The position numbers and the translations under genes were made by a program. The notes under the pieces were generated by a model. That model worked only from the letters and a program-made list of their open reading frames with translations. It was not told the DNA's origin and ran no database searches. DNA of 64,000 bases from a virus (taxonomy: Duplodnaviria > Caudoviricetes): IMG/VR virus record IMGVR_UViG_3300028805_000057, positions 1 to 64,000 of that record; one strand, 5' to 3'. Of the stretch, positions 9,233-22,900 are shown piece after piece. Each line of letters begins with the position of its first letter. Position 1 is the stretch's first letter.

Positions 9233-9359
9233 TAGAATAGCCCTACAACGCTCTATTTTGCCTTTTAAGGCCTGTTTGGTATATTCCAGGTATATTTTAT
9301 CAAGGAAATATGAAATGGGCCTAAATGGGCATTCTGGTGCATCTGAAGGGTATTTCTAG
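9233..9359. repeat. ~120-bp palindromic repeat, copy 2
   Basis: same core GCCTTTTAAGGCCTGTTTGG...GGGCCTAAATGGGC. Confidence 0.9.
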
Positions 9360-9619
9360 AAAGGAGAAAAATAAATGACAGAAGATTTTGAAAATGAAGA
9401 ATATGGAAGAGGTGAAATTCATACTACATATAATTTATTATCAGATGGTTTCTTTGGTTTTTTATTATCTAAAGACATGGAAGCAGAATCATTAGAAGAT
9501 TTAAGTGCATGGATGGAAAAGAATAGGCCTTGGATTGATGATGTTGTCAGACATACATGTGAACGAATAAAAATAATTAAAAGAACAGAAATTATTGCAG
9601 ATAAGGAGATTGGTGAAAT

Positions 9620-9949
9620 ATGACAAACGACGAAAAAATTGAAGAGATATTTAGAGAGACCGATGAGTTTTTTAAAAAGAAAGTAAGAGAAACATTTGGA
9701 CTTGGCGAGCAGGCTAAAATAGTAGATATTTGTGATGGATCTATTACGGATATTTATGATGTATTGAACGATTGTTACTTTGACGAAGATGACGAAAGAT
9801 GTAAAACATGCTCCGGTTTTAAACTTTGCCAGAAAATGGAAGAATTAGGTTATGATGAATGGAATGAACTTGAATATGAAGAACCTGACGGATATGCAGA
9901 TGAAATGGAAACTACAACAACAATATCAAATAATGGTATTTCCTGGTAA
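9620..9949 (+). CDS. acidic protein with C-terminal GISW tag
   Basis: ends NNGISW*; CxxC motif. Confidence 0.75.
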   Translation: MTNDEKIEEIFRETDEFFKKKVRETFGLGEQAKIVDICDGSITDIYDVLNDCYFDEDDERCKTCSGFKLCQKMEELGYDEWNELEYEEPDGYADEMETTTTISNNGISW

Positions 9950-10364
9950 ATTAAAAAAAGGTGATAATAAAATATGAATAAAGTAACATTAGAAGAAGTT
10001 TTAACATTTTATGAATCTAAAACAAATGAAGAACTCTTACAAGAAGTTCAAGATATTTATTATAGCTATCCAGTTTCTGGCGGAATTAGAAGAAGGAATT
10101 TCTATAATAGAATAAAAATGAATGGTAAAACTGTTAGAACAGTTGTTGCTGGTCATTATAAAAGAATTAGTATGGAAATATACATTAAATTCTTACTTGT
10201 AGGTCCTTGTCCGGAATGGTTGATACCAGAGCATACTGTAACAGAACAAGAAAAATTATCCAAGAAACAAAGAAATAAAGAAATTGCAATAAAGAATAAA
10301 AAATTGTACCAGCATATGTATTATTTAAATGTAACAAAAGAGAAACGTAGACTTCAAAAAAATT

Positions 10365-10388
10365 CGCAAAATAATTCCTTTATAATAT
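10365..10388 (+). promoter_or_regulatory. CGC-N15-TAATAT motif heading the 10406..10621 cassette
   Basis: AGGAGGT RBS starts 2 nt after the hexamer; terminator hairpin at ~10633-10660. Confidence 0.75.
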
Positions 10389-11576
10389 AGAGGAGGTGAC
10401 AGCCTATGAGTAAATATAAGGGAAATAAATACCTTGTGGATAATGAAACAGGTCGTAGCACTTTGGTAGACGATGATATAGAAATCATTACAAATGATCT
10501 AGAGGAATATATGTATAATAAACAATATTTCCTTTTAGGTAAGTATGACGATAATATAGTCTATACCAAAACAGACTATAACAAGAATATTCACAGGAAA
10601 TATATTCTTAGATTAGTTTAAAAGTTACAAAAGGAGTATCAAAGATATTTGGTACTCTCTTTATTTTCAGATTGAATGAAGTAAAGTGAGGTAATTATGT
10701 TAACATTTATAACAGTAATGGTTGTCTTTATATTTTTTATAGGTTGCGCAATATTTAATAAAGTATGCAGAATGTTTAATATTATGATGGCAAACCAGAG
10801 AATTATAACTGACAACCAAAAAGTAATTATGGAAAAGATAAAACAAATAAATGGAGGTAATAAGAATGGAACTTCTAACAATAATACTATTAACACTGAC
10901 ATTTAGCATTACTATTGTAAATTTAGTAGTATTAAAATGGATTTGGAAAGATATTGATCATATTGATAATAAATGCTATGCAACTATGTCGATAATCCAT
11001 GACGAAGCAGAAAAGACTAGAGAATATTTAAAAGCTGAAATAATAAAGTCAGAGAATGGATATGTATACTATGAACCAAATGAAGAAAACGAAACTAGTT
11101 GATGCAAGATGCATTAATTGTAAATTTTATGTTAAATACAAACAATATTGTGAGAAACATAAAATGCCAACAAAAAAGACAAGTATGTGTCTACAAATTG
11201 AAAGGAAAGATATTTAATGGCGTATCGAGTTGAAGAATTTGATTCTCAAGGAAGATTTCTTATATGCGAGATATATGATACTATTGAAGAAGCTAGGGAT
11301 TTTAATAGAGTACACCTAAGTAGAAATCCTAGTCATTATATCAAAACATATAGATGTAATAGTAAAGGAAATAGTTACACACATAAGGAAGTTGTTTTAT
11401 AAGGAGGTATTAACATTGGTTTACAATGATGATGAAATAAAAAACTTAATGAAAGAAAAGAACTTAACAGAAAAACAGGCAAAAAGAAAGATATATTGTC
11501 GAGAGTGGTATAAGAACTTTTATAGTGAACACCGAGATGAACGGTTAGAATATTATAAACAACATAGAAAGGAGAA

Positions 11577-11712
11577 AAAGGAGAATAAAATACTAAACAC
11601 TTTGCTCTAAAATCTGAGCAAACTGAAATCTCATTTTAAGAAAGGAGAATAAAATACTAAACACTTTGCTCTAAAATCTGAGCAAACTGAAATCTCATTT
11701 TAAGAAAGGAGA
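11577..11712 (+). repeat. 64-bp tandem duplication including an RBS
   Basis: AAGGAGAATAAAATACTAAACACTTTGCTCTAAAATCTGAGCAAACTGAAATCTCATTTTAAG twice; partial copy near 12195-12232. Confidence 0.9.
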
Positions 11713-11719
11713 AAATTAA

Positions 11720-11992
11720 ATGAAAAAGATATTTTGTTTAATAATGATTATATGTATTTTAGTTTTTACAGGATGCGATGATTATAAAGCAAAAATTACT
11801 TCAGTTCAGGAACAAAATAAAGACAACACAAGTATGTTTATACTTATTGAATCAGCAGATTATTGCTATGACGTAGTTTATCATAAGGATACTAAAGTAA
11901 TGTATGCTATAAGCAGAGGTACTTATAATCGTGGAGTATTTACACTATTAGTTAATCCCGATGGTAGTCCAATGATATACGAAGAGAATTAA
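11720..11992 (+). CDS. DUF6440-like lipoprotein
   Basis: lipobox FTGC; VYHKDTKVMY...TLLVNPDGSP. Confidence 0.7.
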   Translation: MKKIFCLIMIICILVFTGCDDYKAKITSVQEQNKDNTSMFILIESADYCYDVVYHKDTKVMYAISRGTYNRGVFTLLVNPDGSPMIYEEN

Positions 11993-12572
11993 ATTAAAGG
12001 AGGAAATTGATTAATGAAGAAAAAGCTTAAAGATTGTACAATACAAGAACTATTTGATTTATGTAATGAATTTGGTAAATATTGTTCTTCAGAATGTCAG
12101 TTTGATGATATATCATTATGCCCAACAGATGGCGGTTGTCCTATTGCAAGATTAATGAACTATGAAGATAAGGAAATAGAAATAAAATAAATAATAAACA
12201 CTTTGCTTTAAAATCTCATTTTATGAAAGGAGTATAAAATGCCATTTTTAGTTGAATATTTACAAGATATTCCAAAAGATTGTGGAGAATGTCCTTGCAG
12301 TATACATATAACACCAAAAGAAGTATATTGCAATGCAAGACAAAAACACTTTGAAGTAACTGATGGAAGACCTGAAGAATGTAAAATAATTGATTGTAAT
12401 GAGAAAAAAGAAGCAGACCCTTCAAAATATCATATTTGTTTAAATTGTATATTTAATAATGGTGAAGCAATGCATAATAAGATCATATGCGGTTATATTA
12501 AAGGTAATCATACAACTATGTATAAAAATGAATTTGATACTTGCGTAAATTGGTTTTATAAAGGAGAAACAA

Positions 12573-13127
12573 ATGCCAAATTGGATTGAAGGAACATTAA
12601 AAATTCGTTCTAAAGATATTAATGATATTAAAAATTTTTTAAAAGAAGCTGTTGGTTATAGTTGCCATGCTTGTCCATTGTCAAGAGAAGAAAAAGCTAA
12701 ATGTTATGAAATAAATTATAAAGAACGACCTTGCGAAACTAATAACGAAATTAAACCGTTTAATAAAAATGTTAAATATGATGAGTCTTATGACGATGGA
12801 GATTATGTAATACTAAAAGATTTATTATTTGTTAAAGATGGTCCAAGTAGAGCATTTATTAATAAAGAAGACGAAACAAATGAAGAATATATAAATATTG
12901 AATCTCCTATATTAGTAATGCGTGTACAACAAGCTTGGGGATTTGATGCTGAAGGTTGGCTTGAATTAGCAAAGAAGTATCATATAGATATTCGTTTATA
13001 TGGTATTGAACAAGGTATGCAATTTGTACAAGAATTGGAAATAATTAATGGCGAAGTAACTATTGACAGAGAAATACATTATAAAGATTGGGATTGGGAA
13101 TGTCCTTTTCCAAGAATGGGAGGTTAA
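12573..13127 (+). CDS. phage protein with MPNW start (DUF1281/ferredoxin-like family suspected)
   Basis: MPNWIEGTLKI N-terminus; AW and E.GM.F motifs. Confidence 0.5.
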   Translation: MPNWIEGTLKIRSKDINDIKNFLKEAVGYSCHACPLSREEKAKCYEINYKERPCETNNEIKPFNKNVKYDESYDDGDYVILKDLLFVKDGPSRAFINKEDETNEEYINIESPILVMRVQQAWGFDAEGWLELAKKYHIDIRLYGIEQGMQFVQELEIINGEVTIDREIHYKDWDWECPFPRMGG

Positions 13128-13336
13128 TATGAGTAATGAAGAACATTATTTTGAAAATTTAATTCATCATGGAAGCGATGAAGTTGCGGGTAATTGTAAT
13201 AAAGATAATATTAAACCGGAAGTAAGACAAGCTATAGAAACATGTTATTATTATGTTTTATTTAATTTATTTAATTCAAGAGAAAATTTAGATGAGTTTT
13301 TAGAAGATCGCAAATGGTAAAGGAGGCTATTACAAA

Positions 13337-13576
13337 ATGAGAAAGGCATTTGCAATATTATTATGTGTATTGCTTTTATGCACAGGTTGTGGCAATCATC
13401 AGTTTATCGATACTACTTGGACATATAATTATGCGATCATCGAGTTGCCAAATGGTGAAATTATAGAAGGTAAAGTAGAGTCTTGGAATGATTATGAAGG
13501 AGAACAATTACAGGTAAAGATAAATGGAGTAACTTATCTTACAAATTCATTCCATTGTGTTTTGATGCAAAAGTAA
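13337..13576 (+). CDS. small phage lipoprotein
   Basis: lipobox-like CTGC; LPNGEIIEGKVESW. Confidence 0.7.
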   Translation: MRKAFAILLCVLLLCTGCGNHQFIDTTWTYNYAIIELPNGEIIEGKVESWNDYEGEQLQVKINGVTYLTNSFHCVLMQK

Positions 13577-15888
13577 GGAGAGAATAATATGAACGACGAA
13601 GTAAATATTCAAACTGAAGGTTTATGCAAAGAAGTAACTACTTGTGTTATTAATGCTTATGAAAAAGGATACAAGCAAGGATATAAACGAGGTTATAAAG
13701 AAGGGGAAGATATAGAACAATCAAATGCTGCTATTACAAAAGAAGAAGTTGCAAAGCTAGAATATGAGCATGGATTAAATGATGCTTGGGAGTGTGCAAG
13801 GAAAATATGGAGAATGTCACCTTATGAAAGAGCAGAGATATTTCATGATAAAAACTGTATGCTTGAACATACCGCATCTAAAGCAATTCAGATGATTAAA
13901 GAGTATGAAGAAAAGAAAGAAATAGGGAATGATATTAAGATTGGTGATGAAATTGAATATGAATCTCATGGTAAAGGCATCGTTACTCGTATATATGATA
14001 ATACACTTACAATTACTTGGCTTGAAGATGGCACATTTAGCATAATTCATAATTGTATGGCCAAGAAAACTGGTAAGCATTATGATTGTATTGCTGAAAT
14101 ATTTAAAAATGGAAAGGAAAATTAAAATATGCCAAAAATAAATGTAGAAATGGAAATTGATGAAGGGAAAGCATTTCGTATATTATTAGAAGCTTTACAT
14201 GCAGATCTAGATGAAGATATTAGAGAAGATGCTTTTGACGTAGAAGATGGAGAAATTGTAGTAAGAAATTATGATGATAGAGGCGAACTTTACCTTGCAT
14301 TATATCATCTAGCTACAAAGATATTTCCTAATACTTATTTTAGAAGTATGTTTGACGACCCAAGGAAATTGATGACTAAATTATATAAAGAAAAAGAAAG
14401 ACAGGCGAACTAAATGAGAGAATTTAAACGTGGAGGCATTATAGTTGATACATGTAATCCAAATGATGACACACATTATTTAATACTCAAAGAAAGAAAA
14501 AATAGTTTCTATTGTCTTGACACTATAGATTTTGAACCAGTTACTATTGGTAAAGATTGGATCAATCAGTATACAATTGTCGATAGTATAGATATTAACA
14601 AGGTCATAGGTTTTCTAAAGGAGGAATAAATATGGCAAGAATTCAAGTAATAATTCCAGACGAAGATGAGAATATTACATATATTGTTAGTGATGATTTT
14701 GCTAACTATATATGTCAAGAAATTGAAGAAAAAATCAATAAAGAACATCGAATTGATTTTATAAGAAAATTAGGAGAAATAAATGACTAACAAAATAAAA
14801 TTTATTCTAAATGGATGTGATATTTCATTTATAGCAGAAGCACCAGAAGATATGACGGTAAAACAACTTGTAGAACAAGCAAATCGAATACAACCATATT
14901 GGTGCGCTTGCGGAATTTGTAGAGCAGAAGATGATGACAAAGTTGAAATAAGTTTTGATTATAATGATGTTATAAAGGTTAATGATCTTGTTGCTTGTAG
15001 TATAAAGGAGAAAATAAATGTCTAACATAATAGAAATCTATAACAAAGAACTAGAAAAACAAGCAATGCAAATAACTGAAATATTTCTAGATGTCGCAAA
15101 TAAACAAAATAAAACTTTAGAAGAAGTTGTTGAAATTTATTATAATGTTATAAAAAATAAGAAAGATAAAATAAAGGAATTAGAATTAAAAAATAAGATG
15201 AAAAGGAATAAAATAAGTGAATGAAATATATAAATTGAATCAAGATTTAAAAATACATCATGAATCATATGGTAATATTCTTGGTTATGGAACTTATTAT
15301 AAAGGAACATTGTTTAAAATTGTAGGTGAACCAAAACCAGAAAAGAAGAAGTATAAATTAGAATGTTTAGATAATAAATATGAACATAATCCATTGTATA
15401 TTAGAAAAAGTGAATTAAAACGATTTTTTGAATTGGCAACAAATGATGAATTACAAGAATTAATAAATGAATAAAAAATAGAAACGCTAAAATTGGAAAA
15501 GGTAAAAGAGGTGAAGTAAATAAGAAATGAAAAATCCAATAAAATGGATACTTGACAGGGTTAAACAAGAACGTAAAGAAGAAATAGCAAACAAATATAA
15601 TTGTAAAAATTGTATGCATTATGGTAATTTTGAAGCATTTTATGGAGAAGTATATGCATGCAAACTATATGAATGCCATTATAAACAGAAGGAGCGAGCA
15701 AATGACAGCATTTGAATTAAGTGAAAGTAAAGTTAGATTTCAAAGAGTTTATGAAGCATTTTTTATAAAAGAATCTAATGATGATACACAATATGTTTTA
15801 ACACAGGAAGAATATAATATTTTACTTAATAAACTTCAAGAAGGAATAGAAATAATTAATGAATATTTAAAAGAAAAGGGGTAAATAA

Positions 15889-16371
15889 ATGCAAGAAATA
15901 ATGACTAAATTAGTAACTAAAATGATAGCCGGAATGTATATGGTTTTAATTTTAGAAGGATATATTACAAGTCCAGATCAAATTCCTGGAGATGTTGATC
16001 CAAGAAATTTACAACAACTTGCTGGTGTAATTATGTGTGAAAATGGTAGTTGCCCGGAAATTAAATGTCAATTTTTAACGGGAGTAGTTCCATTAAATAG
16101 ACTGCATTCTAATCATTGGGATGGTGATAGTATTGAAGAAGTTATAATGGCTAAAGATGGTGGTTATATACAATATGCTTATCCTACAAGAAATAATTTT
16201 AAAACCGTTAAATGTAGTGATTTATCCTTAGCTATTGCAAAGTATTTATTATTATACTACGAACCAGGACTTCAAAGCCCTAAAAACTTAATGTATCAAG
16301 GGATGAACAAATATGCAGGAAGCGAAGTATATTGGCCTGATGGACATGGTGAATACTTTTGCTTGGAATAA
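15889..16371 (+). CDS. SleB/Hydrolase_2-like cell wall hydrolase
   Basis: LAGVIMCE (catalytic Glu position), V.LNR, SIEEVI...QY pattern. Confidence 0.65.
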   Translation: MQEIMTKLVTKMIAGMYMVLILEGYITSPDQIPGDVDPRNLQQLAGVIMCENGSCPEIKCQFLTGVVPLNRLHSNHWDGDSIEEVIMAKDGGYIQYAYPTRNNFKTVKCSDLSLAIAKYLLLYYEPGLQSPKNLMYQGMNKYAGSEVYWPDGHGEYFCLE

Positions 16372-16866
16372 AATAAATAAGGAGAAATAATATGGGAGCA
16401 ATATTTTATAAACAACCTAATGGAAGGTATTGTAGATATTCTACAGTAGTTGATTGTGTTACAGATTATAATATGAATAAATATGATATTATTAAAATGT
16501 TTGTAGAAGACGCAATTGATAATGCAGAAAAATTTATTAATGATGAAAAGAATTTTCATAAGTTTGAAGAATTAACTGAAAAATATGAAGACTTAGGACC
16601 TGATGAATGGCCACTTGGTGATATGTCTGTTGAAGAATTTGAAAAAATACGAAAACGTATGGAAGAACCTGAAAGCTTTAGAACATTTTGGGAAAGGACC
16701 TAAAAAGGAGAACATATGAAAAAAGTATATTCAGAAATGATAAAACCTGGTGATCTTAGTCATGAATTATATTTACTTCAAGGATGTGGTTATACAATCA
16801 TTAATGTATTTCAGGATCATATAAAAGATTTTGCAGATAAAGAAGTAACAACATACACAATTATTT

Positions 16867-17289
16867 ATGAAAGGGATGAATAAAATGACTAATTGTGCAG
16901 TATTTTGGATATGTTTTGTAGTTTCCTTTACTATATCATTTATAACAGGTATAATCGTAAAAATAAAAACTGAAAATAAATACCGTGAAAAATTAAATCA
17001 ATCTAAATCTTATAACGATCGTATAAATAATGATGATGATTTTCCTGGTTTATTATCATGTCCAAGTTGCAAAAATGTAAAAATAACTTTACAAAGTTCT
17101 ACATATGTACCAAATGTAAACATATATAATGGCAGAATAGAATTTTCAGCATGTGATATTGCTACAAAATATAAAGTAATATGCCGGCAATGTGGCATGC
17201 AAACAAAGGACTTTAAATATGCAAGTGAAGCAATAATAAACTGGAATGGTAGAAGTGAGAGCACTGAAATAGTTAAAACGGAGGAATAA
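16867..17289 (+). CDS. Lar-like restriction-alleviation zinc-finger protein with N-terminal TM
   Basis: CPSC...VICRQCG...EAIINWN. Confidence 0.6.
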   Translation: MKGMNKMTNCAVFWICFVVSFTISFITGIIVKIKTENKYREKLNQSKSYNDRINNDDDFPGLLSCPSCKNVKITLQSSTYVPNVNIYNGRIEFSACDIATKYKVICRQCGMQTKDFKYASEAIINWNGRSESTEIVKTEE

Positions 17290-17854
17290 TAATGGGAACA
17301 AGTGCAGCTATAAGATTTAAATATGAAGGAGATAATACAATTTTAGTTAATGTATATCATCATTATAATGGTTACATCGAGGGAGTTGGACATGACTTAG
17401 CAGAGTTTTTATTATCTAAAAAGATAGTTAATGGAATAACATGTTTTGATGATATGAATACAATTGCAAATGGTTTTTCATGTTTAATAGCACAATACAT
17501 TAGTAATGTAAAAAAGGGTCCCGGTAAGATATATATTTATCCTCAACATTTTAAAGGAGATTACAATTATGATGTAGTATATAATGGTTGTAAAAATGAA
17601 ATATATATAAAAGTTACTACACATTATGGCAAAGTCCTTTTTGAAGGTTCTCCTAAAGAATTATTAGAATATAAAGAAGAATCAGATGAAGATGAAGGTA
17701 TAACACAAACTAAAAACAAAAAAGATCTTAAGTTATTAGATATTGTTAATACTGCTATTTCAATGTGTGAGAATAAACTAGAATATACTCTAGAAGATAT
17801 TATATCATATGTAAAGAAAAGTTTAAAAGAACTTGAAGAAAGTGAGGAAAATAA

Positions 17855-18217
17855 ATGAAAGCCGTTAATGCTGATGATGTATTAAAAATACTGCATAAAT
17901 ATGGCAAATACATTTTTGTGACGGATGAAAAAAGGTATTTCTCTATGGTCGATGAAATAGCAAATCTCAAAGCATTAGAGGAAAAGATAGAGTGGATTCC
18001 ATTAAAATGGGAAAATGATTCAAAAATGGTTTGTGATTTTCCGTACGAATTAGATGGAAGTTGGGTTTTTGTAACAAATGGAAAACTTATAAGCGTTGAA
18101 CGAATTAAAAAAGATGCTTATGATCACTTCTTTCCAAATGGACGATGGTTTGAATTACCTGATGTAATTGCATGGGCGCCATTACTAGAGCCGTATAAGC
18201 CAGAAAGTGAGGAATAA
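17855..18217 (+). CDS. DUF551-like protein
   Basis: EWIP ... VIAWAPLLEPY C-terminal motif. Confidence 0.55.
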   Translation: MKAVNADDVLKILHKYGKYIFVTDEKRYFSMVDEIANLKALEEKIEWIPLKWENDSKMVCDFPYELDGSWVFVTNGKLISVERIKKDAYDHFFPNGRWFELPDVIAWAPLLEPYKPESEE

Positions 18218-21200
18218 ATATGGCAGATGAACTTAAACAATGCGAGTATGACAGAGGCTATAACAAGGGCAAAGCAGATATTCTGGAAAAGGTAAGGGCG
18301 GAAATTGAAGCGTTGTACAATACAAAAAACTACCTTGATGGACGAGGAATTACAGTATTAGATTGCTTAAATATTATTGATAAGTACAGAGAGGAATAAT
18401 TATGGCAGAAATAGAATTAGTAATCAAAGTAGACGAAGATGAATATAAAGCAAGGCAACGTTGGATTGCTAATCCAAGAGTATTAATAAATGCAGTAGAT
18501 AAAGCAATAGCTAATGGTACTGTACTCCCAGAAGGGCACGGAAGGTTGTTTATTCTTGATGAAGAATTAGCAAAGAAGTATTTTACCGAATTTAGTTTTA
18601 GTTGTCAAAAATGGATAAGTGAAGTTGGTATATCTAATGCTACTTTAAAAGTAATTGAAGCAGACAAAGAGGTAAAAGAATGACAATAGAAGAAGCAATT
18701 AAGATAGTGCGTGGAGAATCTGTTGGCTATCCCGTTTCATGTGACGAACAAATAAATGCTGCTAAATGTGTTGCTAATTATGCTGAGAAGTATTTAAAGC
18801 AAAAAGAAGTGTTAGAAAAGATAAAAAAAGAGATAGATGACTCAATTTTAATTTGTCGAGAATCTGCTCAAAATAATACTTGGTGTGACGGTGAATTGGT
18901 AGGCTTTTTACAGAGCAAGGATATAATTAATAGAAATTTATCGGAAGTGAGTGAATGAGTAGAAAAATAGACAAAAAGAAAGAAGGTAAATAAATGACAT
19001 TAGACGAAGCTATTAAACACTCAGAAGAAATGGCAGAAGAGCAGGAGAAAATGGCCAAAGAATGGCACGAAAATCAGGTTAGAAAATGTGAAATCATCCC
19101 TTTTGCTGTAATGGATTATACACATGAAAATAAGTGTAAGGAATGTGCTTCTGAACACAGACAACTTGTAAAATGGCTTAAAGAGTTAAAACTATTGAGA
19201 GAACAATGTACTTTATGCAAAAAAGTGTGAAAAACCAGAAAGTGAGAAATAATATGATTATTGATCAAGGTATTGAATATTATATAGAAGATGACAAATT
19301 ATATTCAAGAGAATGGTGGCGAGATGACAAGTTTAATGATAAAGATGCTAAATTTGTTGGTGACAGAAAATTAATACTTACAAAAGAAGCTTTCATTAAG
19401 TGTTATGATGCTTGGATACTTAACAAGGAGGAAAATGATAAAAATGGAAATAGCAGTAATAACACTTGAGTTAATATTTGGTTTAAGTATACTGTATATA
19501 TTAATATGGCTTGGACTTTATAAATTAATAGAATGGTTATGGATTGAGAGGTAAAAGAATGAAAAATGACTTACAACAAATATGTACAAATATTGGTATA
19601 GCAATACTTGCTTTAGTCATGGTTGCATCATTTATATTAACGCCAATATCATTTATATATAATTGGGATGCCTTTTTAAAAACAGTATTTATAATAATGG
19701 ATATACTTTTTTATATTGTTATATATGATTTAATATATGCTAAAAGTTTAGATGGAGGTAAATGAATGAAAAATAAAGAAAAAATAAATGACAAAAAGTA
19801 TTATACTTGTGGAAGATGTAAACATAAATATGGACCTGAAAATGAACGTCCATGTATTTCTTGTATCTACGATACTGATGAAGCCGATTTATGGGAATAC
19901 AAAAAAGAAAAGGAGAACTAAATGAAAATCGGAGAATGTACTCGAAAAAATACTTGTTACGATTGTGATAATAAAGAGTGCTATCTACATGGAAAGAAAG
20001 AATCTGATTGTCCCAAGTATTATTGTGATCGAGAAGGTAATGGATTCCATAATTGTAATCATTGTCCTTTTGTAGATTGGTTCATTAATGATGAAAGACA
20101 AAGATATAAGTCAGAAAGTGAGAACAAAAAATGACAGATATAAAACAATATCTTAAAGAAACTAATACTGTACTACTTACAAAAGAATCATTCGAACAAC
20201 TCAAAGAAAAAGCAAGTGTGCTTGATAAAATTAGGGATGAAATAAAAGAAACTGCAAATAAAATAAGAAATATTAGAAGTGATAATCTATGTTTTTTCAC
20301 AGAACAAGATATATTAGAGATTATTGACAAGTACATAGGAGGTAAATAAATGTTTTTCGATGAATTAAATATAATTATTCAATTACCTTATGTAATAAAA
20401 TCTCAACGCCAACAAGATAAAGCATTAAAAAGAAGAAGAGAGATTGAAAAACAACTTATTTATAATTCATATGGTATTATATGTATAAACATTGATGAAA
20501 ACTATAAGGAGATAAAATAAATATGGAAACTTTTTATTTTAATAATAAACCATTATTTACTGGTTCAATTGAAAGTATTGAATATGAATCTAATACACGC
20601 TCTTTGGATTTGATGGATCGTGGCTATTTATGTCATATGGTGCCAGAAAGGCCAGTAGTTTTTAATATAAAAAATGGAGTATTTAATAAAGATATTATAA
20701 AACTAATGACTAATTCAAAAGAAACAATAGATCCATATATTGATACTATATCATTGAATCAAACAGTAATACCAAAAAGAAAACATCATAAGAAACGTAT
20801 TCAAAAGAAATGGTTGAAGAGATATGGTCATTGGACTGAAGAAGATGTATATAAAATAAAATATATTTCACCAACATTATCTGGTAGTGAAATAATGAAT
20901 TTTAATGCAGAATTGGAATTTCTTGAAAGGAGAATTAGATAAAGGAGGTAATATAATGTGTTAAATCAGTATACAGTATATAATAATACAGATATAACTT
21001 TATATTTAAATAGTAAAGAAATAGCAATGAAACCGGGAGAAAAAAGATGGTTTTATTTCGATGTATTTGATGCAAGATATGTTCTCTCAGCCATTGGTTT
21101 CTTAATAATAGGTCATAAGTATGGAAAGATATTTGTTGAAGGAGATGGACAATTAGATTTTACTATTGATCAAGAAAATGGTACAGTGTATGTAACCAAG

Positions 21201-21386
21201 AAAAATATAGAATGTAATTGTTCAGGATCCGAAAAAACAAAAAATTGTAAAACTTGTAAATGGTATAATAAGAAAGTACCACATATGGCCTATTGTGCTA
21301 AACCAACAGATGAAATAATCAATGAAGAACTCATACCAAATCCAAAGAAATATAGTTGCGATAATTTTGAAGATAAGGAGTAAATA

Positions 21387-21968
21387 ATGAATGAACATTT
21401 TTTTAAAATAAGAGAAGATTTATGCCCTTATGATCCTTATACTGGTAAAAGAAGAAAAAATAAGATAACTCTTCATAAAGGTGATATAGTTTTACAAATA
21501 AGTGAAAGTAAAGAACATATGTTTGGAACATATTATGAAGTTCAATATGGTCTTTGTTATTATGATGTAGAAGTAGAATACCTTATATACATAAAAGAAA
21601 ATACTGAAGACTATAACAAAGCATATGAAGAATATCATAAAGTTTTGGACAAACAAATTAAAGAAAGGGATAAAGAAATGAAAAGATTTAACTTGGAAAA
21701 AGAAATAGAGAAAAGATGCAAGAAAGATCCCGAGTTTAAAAAGTTGTGGGAAGAGAGTGAAAACTATTATGATCTTATCTTTGAATTTACTGGATTAAGA
21801 AAGAAAAATAAGATTAGCCAAGGTGAATTAGCAAGAATATCTGGAGTTGATCCGTCTGCCATATGTAGATATGAAAAAAGGGAACGTATTCCAAATATAT
21901 TAAACTTTACAAAGATATTAAATGCAATGGGTTATGAACTTTGTATAAGAAAGAAGGAAAAAGAATGA
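21387..21968 (+). CDS. protein with C-terminal XRE HTH (HigA antitoxin-like)
   Basis: LRKKNKISQGELARISGVDPSAICRYEKRERIPN...ILNAMGYEL. Confidence 0.75.
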   Translation: MNEHFFKIREDLCPYDPYTGKRRKNKITLHKGDIVLQISESKEHMFGTYYEVQYGLCYYDVEVEYLIYIKENTEDYNKAYEEYHKVLDKQIKERDKEMKRFNLEKEIEKRCKKDPEFKKLWEESENYYDLIFEFTGLRKKNKISQGELARISGVDPSAICRYEKRERIPNILNFTKILNAMGYELCIRKKEKE

Positions 21969-22454
21969 CAAAAGAAAAATATCTTAGAGCAAGTGAAATA
22001 CATTCAATGCGGAGTTGTTTAGATAGATTATATGGTGCTATACATATGCCACATCCTAGAATGTTAGCTAGAGATAATGATATAGTAAGTTTTATTGGTC
22101 TTGGAGAAAAGTATGAAAAAGAATTAAGGGATTTAATTGTGAACTTTATCAAAGAAAAAGATGAAGAATTAGATAGGGAGTTTAAAGAGTTATGATAATT
22201 TATAAATTAGAAGTAATATATAATAAGGAAACATATAAACAAGAGTATAGTGATGAAATAGATATTACAAATGTTCTAATTGCATTACTTGAAGAAGGAT
22301 ATATTACAGATGATGCTTTCAATGAAATAAGAGATTTTCTTGCTGAAATGTCAGAGACAGATTTATTTACTAATGCAATGATTCATCCAGTTAATAATAT
22401 TAAATTAGAAATAGAAAAAATAGATGATAATGATGATCATACTATTGATGCTCT

Positions 22455-22900
22455 TTTAAGGAGGTAATAATGAAAATCTTATGCACTCTGCAAGCAGACT
22501 GTCATCTATTTTATGGAGGTAATAATGAAAATATATGAAATTCGTGAACATTTAACAAATGATGATTCATGCAAAATAAAAAGATATTTTTGTAGAAATA
22601 TTGATGAACTAAATCAATTTATTATGAAATATTCTAATAATGCTTTAGAAATAAAAGAATATGATAAATCTTGTGATTTATGTAATTCAGTACATAAAGG
22701 AAGTAAAGAATGTTTAAAGAATCAGAAAAAAGAAACTAACTCAACAATAAGTCCATGTCAATATTTTGAAATAGGAGAAATAATATGAAAATCTTATGCA
22801 CTCTGCAAGCAGACTGTCATCTATTTTAAGGAGGTAATATGAAAATCTTATGCACTCTGCAAGCAGACTGTCATCTATTTTAAGGAGGTAATATGAAAAT
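22455..22900 (+). repeat. 54-bp RBS plus mini-ORF repeat, three copies
   Basis: ATGAAAATCTTATGCACTCTGCAAGCAGACTGTCATCTATTTTA(A/T)GGAGGTAAT at ~22470, 22785, 22839. Confidence 0.9.
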